Origin: Candidatus Thorarchaeota archaeon SMTZ1-45
GTDB lineage: Archaea; Asgardarchaeota; Thorarchaeia; Thorarchaeales; Thorarchaeaceae
Length of the DNA stretch: 64,000 bases
Direction: 5' to 3'
Assembly (NCBI GenBank): GCA_001563335.1
Contig: LRSL01000076.1
Location: 5,325 to 69,324 of the forward strand
The translations under genes and the position numbers were made by a program. The notes under the pieces are model-generated. The model worked only from the letters and a program-made list of their open reading frames with translations, searched no databases and was not told where the DNA came from. Below, in pieces: positions 18,610 to 27,044 of the stretch. The first letter of the stretch is position 1, and each line of letters begins with the position of its first letter.

Positions 18610-19539
18610 CTAGATAAAACCAAGATCGAGTTCTATTGACTCAAGAATATCATTAACTGTTTCTTCTGGCTTCTCACCTGAAATTCTAATTTTGAAAGAT
18701 ACATTCGGGTCAAGTTCCCACTTCATCTCAAGAACAACTTTGAGAAAATACGATGTTCTCACGAGCTTTGATTCGAAAGGAACACGCTGCCATCCCTTTC
18801 CCATTATTTCCTCTCTCCAACGATGAAAGTCTCCAGTGGTAAGAGGGATGAACTTCTTTGTTATGACAACGTCATGAGTACCATTTCTACTCCGACACTT
18901 GATGTGTTCTTTTCTCCTTATCTCTAAACGTACTCCATTCACACGTGAATGTTCATCTACCATAAACCGAACTGGAAGACCCTGCTTCATTCTTAGAATA
19001 TCACTTAGTAGCTCAACATGAAGAACATCTAAATCTTTGTTCATTGGATTGTAGCCATCTGCTTCAGGGATATATGCAGGTTGGATTGGCAATACTCTGA
19101 ATCGTCTTGTCATCTTTGGATCAATTGCCCAATCCATCTCCACAACAGCTTCCGCACTATACTCAATGAAACCACCATACCCAGAATAAGTCGGCGGAAG
19201 CTCGTTGTCTAATTTGAACTTGAACGGGAACTCACTCTTACCAATAGGAATCTCAGTTGCTTCACATAGCTCAATCTTCCCTTGAAGATGTATAACATCA
19301 TCAGTTATCCTTGAGTCGCCTGACCCCATCTCGGTTCTTTCCTTACCTTTGAGCTTCAAAATGACTCGGTTACACTCAAACGCTTTGTCAGTTTCCACAA
19401 CAACCACACCGCTTATACAATCCCCTGGTTTGGCATTCCGTTGCGAGAACTTGATGTCGATAAACCTCATTTGATGTTCCAACCACTTTGCAAATCTTCT
19501 CGTGGAAGTAAATATTCTTTTGCAGCGAAAAACGAACAA
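18610..19539 (-). CDS. Arrestin-fold (arrestin N+C / Vps26 / Spo0M-like) protein, paralog A
   Basis: MRFIDIKFSQRNAKPGDCISGVVVVETDKAFECNRVILKLKGKE ... FPFKFKLDNELPPTYSGYGGFIEYSAEAVVEMD is collinear with paralog B. The likely start is ATG 19470; the TTG start at 19539 adds 23 residues with no counterpart in B. Confidence 0.7.
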   Translation of the reverse strand: MFVFRCKRIFTSTRRFAKWLEHQMRFIDIKFSQRNAKPGDCISGVVVVETDKAFECNRVILKLKGKERTEMGSGDSRITDDVIHLQGKIELCEATEIPIGKSEFPFKFKLDNELPPTYSGYGGFIEYSAEAVVEMDWAIDPKMTRRFRVLPIQPAYIPEADGYNPMNKDLDVLHVELLSDILRMKQGLPVRFMVDEHSRVNGVRLEIRRKEHIKCRSRNGTHDVVITKKFIPLTTGDFHRWREEIMGKGWQRVPFESKLVRTSYFLKVVLEMKWELDPNVSFKIRISGEKPEETVNDILESIELDLGFI

Positions 19540-19551
19540 AGCAGAAAATTA

Positions 19552-19571
19552 ATATTAACAATTGTTAATAT
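19552..19571. promoter_or_regulatory. Copy 4 (longest) of the recurrent palindrome: ATATTAACAATTGTTAATAT
   Basis: 20-nt perfect palindrome in the divergent region between the arrestin operon (start 19470/19539, minus) and the membrane protein gene. It ends 9 nt before the ATG at 19580. Confidence 0.45.
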
Positions 19572-19579
19572 CCTTCAAC

Positions 19580-20614
19580 ATGAGCCGACTAATTTTTGGA
19601 CTTACGATATTTCTCACATTGTTCCTTGTGATACCTCCAATTGCAGCCCATGTACCAATTTCTACGCAAGATGGTGAAACATTGGAAACTGCGTTCTTCA
19701 TCGAAGACCCTACAAAGAGCTGGGTGATCTATTCTGATTTACATAAAGGTGCAGAGCCTCGATATTTTGGATTTGAGATGGATGTCGGAGAAAGAATCAG
19801 AATATTGCTCTCAATTCCTATCATTACAGATCCAAATGCGTTTCAACCCTCTATCGCATTAATGGGTCCTGGTTTCACAAATTCAAGTTCAATTCCTGCA
19901 TTTCTAGAAGTTCCAGAATCTGCTGGTGTAATGATTTTCGAAAGTGAACCAGCAACTCCTGAGTACGAAGGATTCACACCTACGAGTTTCTATGCACTTA
20001 TTGATATCGACATGGAAGTCGTAGTATCTGGTGACTATTATTTTGCTGTCTTTGAAGAAGATGAAAGCGGTCCATTTTCTGTTGCTCTCGGTTATGTGGA
20101 ATCCTTTACCTTCGATGAATGGCTACTTGTGCCATTTGATGTGATGATAATCCATCAGTGGAATGGTCAGAGCTTGGTATTGATACTTGCTCCAATGATC
20201 ATAAGTGTCCTGCTAGGTATAGGCTATCTCTTAAGCAGAAGGCGTGATTTATTGGAATTAGAAAGCACGGTTTCATGGCTAGGTGTCCTTGGAGGATTGC
20301 TATTCTTTGGTAGTGGAATAACCATTTTCTATCAGATGATAGTTGCCTCGTTAACAGCGATAAATGCCCAACTCATAATCACTGCAATCTTCGGTATTAT
20401 TCCAATTCTATTGGGATTCTACACATTGAGAATTGTTTTAACTGATGGTTGGAAAAAGCAACGTGGTAAACGAATCCGCCTCTTAATTTTGGGTATAGTT
20501 GCCCCATTCCTATGGTCAGGTCTATTGATTGGACCTGCTTTAGTTATTCTTAGTGGAATTGTAGCATCAGTTGGAGCTTCAGAGACCTATGAGAGAAGGT
20601 ATGCTCCTCATTAG
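19580..20614 (+). CDS. Secreted/membrane-anchored protein: signal peptide, ~190-aa extracytoplasmic domain, 4-5 C-terminal TM helices
   Basis: MSRLIFGLTIFLTLFLVIPPIAA|HVPIS is a signal-peptide-like N-terminus. The C-terminal half is strongly hydrophobic. The track ORF starts at TTG 19562, inside the palindrome, so ATG 19580 is preferred. Confidence 0.7.
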   Translation: MSRLIFGLTIFLTLFLVIPPIAAHVPISTQDGETLETAFFIEDPTKSWVIYSDLHKGAEPRYFGFEMDVGERIRILLSIPIITDPNAFQPSIALMGPGFTNSSSIPAFLEVPESAGVMIFESEPATPEYEGFTPTSFYALIDIDMEVVVSGDYYFAVFEEDESGPFSVALGYVESFTFDEWLLVPFDVMIIHQWNGQSLVLILAPMIISVLLGIGYLLSRRRDLLELESTVSWLGVLGGLLFFGSGITIFYQMIVASLTAINAQLIITAIFGIIPILLGFYTLRIVLTDGWKKQRGKRIRLLILGIVAPFLWSGLLIGPALVILSGIVASVGASETYERRYAPH

Positions 20615-20632
20615 CTATGTTATATCGATTAC

Positions 20633-21334
20633 TCATTCAATTGAAATGGGTAATTCTTCTCCACTAACGAAAATGATAGCCCCTGGACTTGCTAGTGTTA
20701 TACCTAGCCCTCCCAGAAATGGCTCTCGATCTCTTTCTGATAGAGTTCTCTTTAGTAGAATCCTCTTTGCGCACATCATAGCTAGGTCATGTGTGACATG
20801 AACATAGGTGCTGGCTTCTCTGTTGCTGAACAATCTCTTGACTGTATCCGTCAGCAATCTATCTTGGTATTCAATAAAAGGTTCCATTCTTTCACCAAAA
20901 TCCCCATCCACCCATTTGTTTACAAAATCAGTGACATTCCCTCCATCTGGATGAAGATTTGTCCAGACTTCCATTTCAATGATATGAGGACCCACAAGCG
21001 ATGGAAGTAAATCAATATCAATTACTTCTCCGCCTTGCTCCTTGAATCCTGCAGCAATAGCTTCTGCAGTTTCGAAACATCTAGGAACGAAACTCGTGAA
21101 GATGTGCATCTTTCCCTTTCGATCTATTCTCTTCCCAAGTTCAAAAGACATCCTCTTACCTAGCTCAGTCAGACCCCCACTCATCATCTCATCATGGTTC
21201 TGGAGAGTATCTCTGTGAGAGTGTCTAACAAGAAGCATAAGTGGTTGATTCTGATCTATTGTTGAAACCCATTCAAGAACTCGCTTGGCATTGGTGAGCC
21301 AGTCTTCTGTGTTCCATTTCTGTTCATCATTCAT
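20633..21334 (-). CDS. Histidine phosphatase family protein
   Basis: LMLLVRHSHRD (RH-type catalytic motif) and a downstream VTHD motif. 233 aa. Confidence 0.7.
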   Translation of the reverse strand: MNDEQKWNTEDWLTNAKRVLEWVSTIDQNQPLMLLVRHSHRDTLQNHDEMMSGGLTELGKRMSFELGKRIDRKGKMHIFTSFVPRCFETAEAIAAGFKEQGGEVIDIDLLPSLVGPHIIEMEVWTNLHPDGGNVTDFVNKWVDGDFGERMEPFIEYQDRLLTDTVKRLFSNREASTYVHVTHDLAMMCAKRILLKRTLSERDREPFLGGLGITLASPGAIIFVSGEELPISIE

Positions 21335-21354
21335 TTGTGTCTAATCTCCTCCAA

Positions 21355-21810
21355 TCAAAAATTCTCTCGCACACCAATCTGGATAACGCGATAGCAACTC
21401 GGACATGTAAGTTCGTTTGAACCTATCCATTTGGCTTTGCCAAGCTCAAGCTTGTCCATGCAATGAGGACAATACAACGGTATAACATAGACAGCTCCAG
21501 TTATTACACTATCATGGGTCGGATACTCAGTTGATGTAGTGTCATATCCAGAATATGGTGGATAAAAGGCGTGCTGGACCATTTCTTGATCACTTGGTAC
21601 ATTACATCCTTTACTCAATACAAGTCCAACTATACAAAACGTAAACAACATTAATCCAAATGTGCCTCCTAGAATTGGGAATAGGATTGGCCAAACATAT
21701 TCTGAAAGGTCCAATGTTTCAAACAAGATGAATAAAAAGAGGAATGTGACGCTAAATCCAATGATTATTGGGAGGAAGACGCGGGTCCAGACATAGCTAC
21801 TCAAGTGCAA
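21355..21810 (-). CDS. Membrane protein (2-3 TM) with a C-terminal zinc ribbon
   Basis: Hydrophobic N-terminal half. C-terminus CPHCMDKLELGKAKWIGSNELTCPSC. TTG start per track. Confidence 0.55.
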   Translation of the reverse strand: MHLSSYVWTRVFLPIIIGFSVTFLFLFILFETLDLSEYVWPILFPILGGTFGLMLFTFCIVGLVLSKGCNVPSDQEMVQHAFYPPYSGYDTTSTEYPTHDSVITGAVYVIPLYCPHCMDKLELGKAKWIGSNELTCPSCYRVIQIGVRENF

Positions 21811-22005
21811 TCACTGTTTGCCCTCAAGATTCTTGTCCTATAAAGAAGTCGCCTAAGTTGAGAAACATAGTGTATCTCGGAAGAACCGAGCTTCAAAGAT
21901 TAATAGAAGTGCCAGTCGAGTACTCGAGTTGACAGTGCTCCTCCTGTTAGTTTCGACTATCTCTCTCGGTCTGGCTAGTACATTGGAAAGTATCTCTAGG
22001 TCTAA

Positions 22006-22029
22006 GAAAACCCTTGTACAAGCGTTTTC
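22006..22029. promoter_or_regulatory. 24-nt near-perfect palindrome GAAAACCCTTGTACAAGCGTTTTC in the long uvrB upstream region
   Basis: 11 of 12 arm positions pair. It lies about 90 nt upstream of the uvrB ATG (22117), within a 306-bp divergent intergenic region. Confidence 0.3.
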
Positions 22030-22116
22030 CACGGAGCGATATCGAGGCGTGGCAGGTACCGTAAAGGTTACTTACAGTCAGGTGTGTGCAGACCTGAATG
22101 GTCGAGGTCAAAACAG

Positions 22117-24099
22117 ATGAGTGATTTCAAACTGGAGGCTCCGTTCAAACCCACTGGCGATCAACCTCAAGCTATACAAAAACTAGTGGAGGGTCTCGAG
22201 AGCGGACTCCAACATCAAACTCTTCTCGGAGTCACTGGATCTGGCAAGACATTCACCATGGCAAACGTCATTGAAGCATATAATATGCCCACACTCGTCA
22301 TTTCCCACAACAAGACCCTAGCTGCTCAATTGACCTCAGAATACAAACAATTCTTTCCTGATGCAGGAGTAGAGTACTTCGTCAGTTACTATGATTACTA
22401 CCAGCCTGAGGCCTATGTTCCCAGTAAGGACATGTACATAGAGAAGGAAACAGACATCAATCAGGAGATTGAGAGACTTCGCCATTCAGCAACTCATTCT
22501 TTGAGGTCTCGAAAAGATACTATTGTCGTGGCCTCAGTTTCCTGTATCTATGGTGTAGGAAACCCGAGTGAGTATGATTATTTCAGGATGTTTCTAGAGC
22601 GAGGAAACCAGATAGACCGGCGAGAGATCCTAGAACGCTTAGTGGCTATGCAATATGAGCGAAATGATATGGAGATCAAACCTGGTATTTTTCGGGTTCG
22701 TGGTGATGTGATTGATGTCTACCCTGCAGGCTCAGAGAATAGCATTAGAATTGAATTAGATGGAGATCGAGTTGATCGGCTCACTGTTTTGGAAGGACTG
22801 TCAGCTAAAAGACTGTATGAACCTAATTGGATTGAGTTGTTCCCAGCTAAACATCACATCGCGCAACATGAAACTATCATAAAAGCCCTTGAGCCAATTG
22901 AACAGGAGATGCAAGAACGTGTTGAGTGGTTCAAGAAACAGGGTAAGCTTGTGGAGGCTGACCGACTCAAGAGACGAACCATGTACGACATTGAGATGCT
23001 CAGAGAGATAGGGATGTGTTCGGGAATCGAGAACTATTCCCGATATATTGATGGACGTGTTGAGGGTGAGAAACCATACACCCTTCTTGATTACTTTCCT
23101 GATGACTTTCTGATGATTATTGATGAGAGCCATATGACGATCCCTCAGATTCGAGGTATGTTCAATGGTGACTTATCTCGAAAACAGAACTTGGTCGATT
23201 ATGGCTTCAGACTACCTTCTGCAATTGATAACAGACCACTGAAATTCCATGAATTCGAGAAGTACATGAAACATGTCATATACACAAGTGCAACTCCTGG
23301 TCCATATGAGAGTAGGAAGAGTCAACAGATTGTGGAACAGCTTCTCCGGCCTACAGGACTTCTTGATCCTGCAATCACAGTAAGACCAGTTGTGGGACAA
23401 GTGGACCACCTGCTAGGTGAGATCAACAAGACTGTTGATATGGGTGACCGTGTCCTTGTCACAACACTCACAAAGAAGACCTCTGAGATGTTGAGTGAGT
23501 ACCTTGTCGAGGCAGGAGTTAAGGCAAGATATCTACACTCAGATATCGGAACAGTCGAACGAATCGAGATAATACGTCAATTACGTCAAGGTAAGTTTGA
23601 TGTTCTCGTGGGAATCAATCTCCTACGGGAGGGATTGGATCTTCCTGAAGTGGGTCTTGTAGCAATTTTAGATGCAGACAAGGAAGGATTCCTTAGGACT
23701 GACTGGGCTCTCATTCAAACAATGGGCCGTGCTGCTCGGAATGTGAATGGCCGGGTCATCTTGTATGGGGACCATGTTTCAACAGCGATGCAGACAGCTA
23801 TTGACGAAACCAATCGTAGACGGGTATATCAGCTTCAGTATAATGAGGAGCATGGCATCGAACCTGAGTCGATAGTCAAGTCGATTCGGGATATAGCTGA
23901 AGGAATTAAGACGCCAGAGAAGACCACCCAGACGAGGCTTGATGACTTTGATCCATTCGAGGTCGATGAGTTAGCTGATTACATCATTGATCTTGAAGAG
24001 CAGATGAAGGAGGCTGCAAGAAATCTGGAGTTTGAAAAAGCCGCAAAACTTCGGGATCAGATTGCAGGTCTCCGAAAGAGAATCGAGGGAATGGAATAG
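22117..24099 (+). CDS. uvrB: Excinuclease ABC subunit B
   Basis: FKPTGDQPQAI, GVTGSGKTFT (Walker A), the beta-hairpin region YYDYYQPEAY, DESH, and the C-terminal UVR motif (FEKAAKLRDQI). ATG 22117 is preceded by GAGGT; the track ORF starts 33 nt earlier. Confidence 0.95.
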   Translation: MSDFKLEAPFKPTGDQPQAIQKLVEGLESGLQHQTLLGVTGSGKTFTMANVIEAYNMPTLVISHNKTLAAQLTSEYKQFFPDAGVEYFVSYYDYYQPEAYVPSKDMYIEKETDINQEIERLRHSATHSLRSRKDTIVVASVSCIYGVGNPSEYDYFRMFLERGNQIDRREILERLVAMQYERNDMEIKPGIFRVRGDVIDVYPAGSENSIRIELDGDRVDRLTVLEGLSAKRLYEPNWIELFPAKHHIAQHETIIKALEPIEQEMQERVEWFKKQGKLVEADRLKRRTMYDIEMLREIGMCSGIENYSRYIDGRVEGEKPYTLLDYFPDDFLMIIDESHMTIPQIRGMFNGDLSRKQNLVDYGFRLPSAIDNRPLKFHEFEKYMKHVIYTSATPGPYESRKSQQIVEQLLRPTGLLDPAITVRPVVGQVDHLLGEINKTVDMGDRVLVTTLTKKTSEMLSEYLVEAGVKARYLHSDIGTVERIEIIRQLRQGKFDVLVGINLLREGLDLPEVGLVAILDADKEGFLRTDWALIQTMGRAARNVNGRVILYGDHVSTAMQTAIDETNRRRVYQLQYNEEHGIEPESIVKSIRDIAEGIKTPEKTTQTRLDDFDPFEVDELADYIIDLEEQMKEAARNLEFEKAAKLRDQIAGLRKRIEGME

Positions 24100-27044
24100 T
24101 GAATTCAGCAGCAGATAAGAACAATGGAGCCATTGATACTGAGGTAGATGGCCCTAGGTCTATCATTGTTATGGGTGCTGCTGAGCATAATCTGAAGCAT
24201 ATTGATGTCACAATTCCAAAGAACACACTCACTGTTGTCACCGGATTATCGGGATCTGGAAAGAGTTCACTTGTCTTTGATACGATCTACAGTGAGGGGC
24301 AGAGAAGGTTCGTGGAGTCTCTCTCTCCTTACGCACGTCAATTTCTGGGGATGCTTGAGAAACCCAAAGTTGATCTTATGACAGGTCTTTCACCGTCAAT
24401 CTCTATTGACCAGAAGAGCGTGAGTAGGAATCCTAGATCGAGTGTTGGAACAATCACAGAAATCTATGATTATCTTCGGCTCCTATATGCCAGGGTGGGA
24501 GAACCCCATTGTCCTCAGTGTAAGAAGAAAATAGAACCCCAGACATCTCAACAGATAGTTGACCGTATTCTAAATCTCAAGGAAGGTTCGCGTATCATAA
24601 TTCTAGCCCCCATCGTGAGAGGTAGAAAGGGAGAATATAGGAAAGAGTTTCGAGACCTCATCAAGAAGGGTTTTGTACGAGCTCGTGTCGATGGAAAGCT
24701 TACCGAACTTGAAGAGGGAATGTCACTCGACAGATACTTTGAGCACACCATTGAGGTCGTCATCGATAGAATCGCAGTGAAGGAGTCTGAACGAGGTCGC
24801 ATCTCAGAGGCTGTAGAGACCGCCCTTAACATGGCTGACAGGGTTGTCACGATTATAACACCTGAAGGAGATATCACACTTTCAGAGCAATTCGCTTGTG
24901 TAGAATGCGGCATTAGCCTTCCTGAGATGGAACCGCGTATTTTCAGTTGGAATACTCCCCAGGGCGCCTGCCCTCACTGTACTGGAATTGGTGTCATTCG
25001 TGAGTTCGATCCTGACTTATTCATCACAAACTCGGACCGTTCACTAAACAACGGTCTTTTCGAGCTGGATCAGTGGAAGATAAGACGTGTCTTTACCAAT
25101 AAGGTCGTGCAAAAGTATGGGTTTACCATGGACACCCCCTGGAAAGACATGACAAAGAAGCAGAAAGACCTCCTTCTCCATGGGTCTGGTAGCAGAAAGT
25201 TTGAGGCTACATGGGAGGGTGACAATCCAGAATTTGAGGTCCAATATAAGGGAACCTTCCAGAGACCCTTTGAGGGATGGATAGAACGCGCAAAGCGGCT
25301 CTACAAGACAACTAAATCGGACTATGGAAGACGTATCCTAGAGAAGTATATGTCGACGCAAACATGCCCTGTTTGCTTGGGTGGACGATTGAGACCTGAA
25401 TCAAAAGCTGTCACTTTTAATGATAAATCCATCACAGAGATTAACAATCTCTCAATCAAGGCTCTACGTGAGTTCTTCGAGAATGCTAAGATTGATCCGA
25501 GGCTCAAACCAGTAGCAGAACCCATTCTTCGCGAGATTATGGGACGTATTGGGTTCCTAGAGGACGTAGGGCTTGAGTACCTCACTCTCGATAGGTCTGC
25601 TCCCAGCTTGGCTGGTGGTGAAGCACAGAGAATTCGATTGGCTAGTCAAATTGGGTCGAATCTTGTTGGTGTGACCTATGTGTGTGACGAACCATCAATT
25701 GGTTTACACAGTCGCGACAATATACGACTCCTGAAGTCTTTGCTACGACTTAGAAACCTCGGAAACAATGTCCTCGTTGTGGAACATGATGAAGAAACTA
25801 TACGCACAGCAGACTATATCATCGATTTAGGACCAGGCGCAGGCTCAGAGGGGGGTGAGGTTGTAGTCACTGGAACTCTTGATGATGTTCTGAAATCGAA
25901 GAAGTCTATCACTGCGAGATACCTTAGAGGTGAAGAGAAGATACCCGTGCCTGAGCATCGAAGGCAACTGAATGGGCGGTTCATTGAGTTAAGAGGCTGC
26001 AAGCATAACAACCTCAAGAATCTGAATATTCGAATACCACTCGGGATGTTTATCGCAACAACTGGAGTTTCAGGGTCCGGCAAATCTTCCTTGATTGTGG
26101 AAACATTGCAGCGAGAACTTGCTCGACGATTCCACAATGCTGAAGCTAAGCCTGGCAAGTTTGATGAGATTCTAGGCATTGAACAATTGGACAAAGTCAT
26201 TGTCATTGATCAGAGTCCCATTGGAAGAACCCCGCGCTCTAACCCTGCCACCTACGTAGGTCTATGGTCTCCGTTAAGAGACCTATTTTCAAATCTTCCT
26301 GAATCTCTAATACGCGGATACAAACCAGGTCGATTCAGTTTCAATGTAAAAGGTGGCCGCTGTGAAACCTGCAAAGGTGCAGGTGTAGAAGTCATTGAGA
26401 TGCAGTTCTTGCCGCCAGTTCAGGTAACGTGCAGTGAGTGCAAAGGACGGCGTTACAACAGAGAAACTCTTCAAGTGCGATTCAAGGGAAAGAACATTGC
26501 TGATATTCTCGATATGCGAATCGATGAGGCTGTAAAGTTCTTCGAGGGTATTCCCTCAGTACATCGCAGGCTTGAGACCCTATGCGAGGTAGGCATGGGT
26601 TATGTAAAATTGGGACAACCCGCAACTACTCTATCAGGTGGTGAAGCCCAGCGTATCAAACTGAGCAAGTTCCTCTCAAGACCTGCAACAGGGCAGACAC
26701 TAATTCTGCTGGACGAACCCACAACAGGTTTGCACTTTGCAGACATCAAGAAGCTGTTAGAGGTTCTGCACCGGCTTGTGGATCTTGGAAACACAGTTCT
26801 CGTTATTGAACATCAATTGGATGTTGTAAAAACCGCGGATTGGATCATTGATCTTGGACCAGAGGGCGGAGATGATGGTGGTTATCTCGTTGCAGAAGGG
26901 ACTCCTGAAGATATTGTTTCATGTGATAGGTCCTATACTGGTCAATACCTCCGAGGATTACTAAAACCTGTGATTCCAAACAAAGTGTCCTCTATTAAAC
27001 AACCAGCGCCTCCAATTACTAACGAGGGGAGGTCTAAGAAATGA
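24099..27044 (+). CDS. uvrA: Excinuclease ABC subunit A (full-length, class I-like), copy 1
   Basis: Two complete ABC modules: GLSGSGKSS/LSGGEAQRIRLA/DEPSIGLH and GVSGSGKSS/LSGGEAQRIKL/LDEPTTGLH. All Zn modules are present (CPQC, CVECG..CPHC, CPVC, CETC..CSEC). The GTG start shares 1 nt with the uvrB stop. Confidence 0.95.
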   Translation: MNSAADKNNGAIDTEVDGPRSIIVMGAAEHNLKHIDVTIPKNTLTVVTGLSGSGKSSLVFDTIYSEGQRRFVESLSPYARQFLGMLEKPKVDLMTGLSPSISIDQKSVSRNPRSSVGTITEIYDYLRLLYARVGEPHCPQCKKKIEPQTSQQIVDRILNLKEGSRIIILAPIVRGRKGEYRKEFRDLIKKGFVRARVDGKLTELEEGMSLDRYFEHTIEVVIDRIAVKESERGRISEAVETALNMADRVVTIITPEGDITLSEQFACVECGISLPEMEPRIFSWNTPQGACPHCTGIGVIREFDPDLFITNSDRSLNNGLFELDQWKIRRVFTNKVVQKYGFTMDTPWKDMTKKQKDLLLHGSGSRKFEATWEGDNPEFEVQYKGTFQRPFEGWIERAKRLYKTTKSDYGRRILEKYMSTQTCPVCLGGRLRPESKAVTFNDKSITEINNLSIKALREFFENAKIDPRLKPVAEPILREIMGRIGFLEDVGLEYLTLDRSAPSLAGGEAQRIRLASQIGSNLVGVTYVCDEPSIGLHSRDNIRLLKSLLRLRNLGNNVLVVEHDEETIRTADYIIDLGPGAGSEGGEVVVTGTLDDVLKSKKSITARYLRGEEKIPVPEHRRQLNGRFIELRGCKHNNLKNLNIRIPLGMFIATTGVSGSGKSSLIVETLQRELARRFHNAEAKPGKFDEILGIEQLDKVIVIDQSPIGRTPRSNPATYVGLWSPLRDLFSNLPESLIRGYKPGRFSFNVKGGRCETCKGAGVEVIEMQFLPPVQVTCSECKGRRYNRETLQVRFKGKNIADILDMRIDEAVKFFEGIPSVHRRLETLCEVGMGYVKLGQPATTLSGGEAQRIKLSKFLSRPATGQTLILLDEPTTGLHFADIKKLLEVLHRLVDLGNTVLVIEHQLDVVKTADWIIDLGPEGGDDGGYLVAEGTPEDIVSCDRSYTGQYLRGLLKPVIPNKVSSIKQPAPPITNEGRSKK

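Noticed and set aside
21811-22120. Possible SRP (7S) RNA or other ncRNA. The string GGTCGAGGTCAAAACAG resembles the AGGUCAAAAC of SRP RNA helix 8. The 63-aa ORF 21929-22120 was also considered.
   Set aside because: The GAGGT lies 8 nt before the uvrB ATG and is best read as its Shine-Dalgarno sequence. No GGAA-tetraloop helix 8/helix 6 pair or Alu-domain motifs could be traced. The ORF has a TTG start, no support, and overlaps uvrB.
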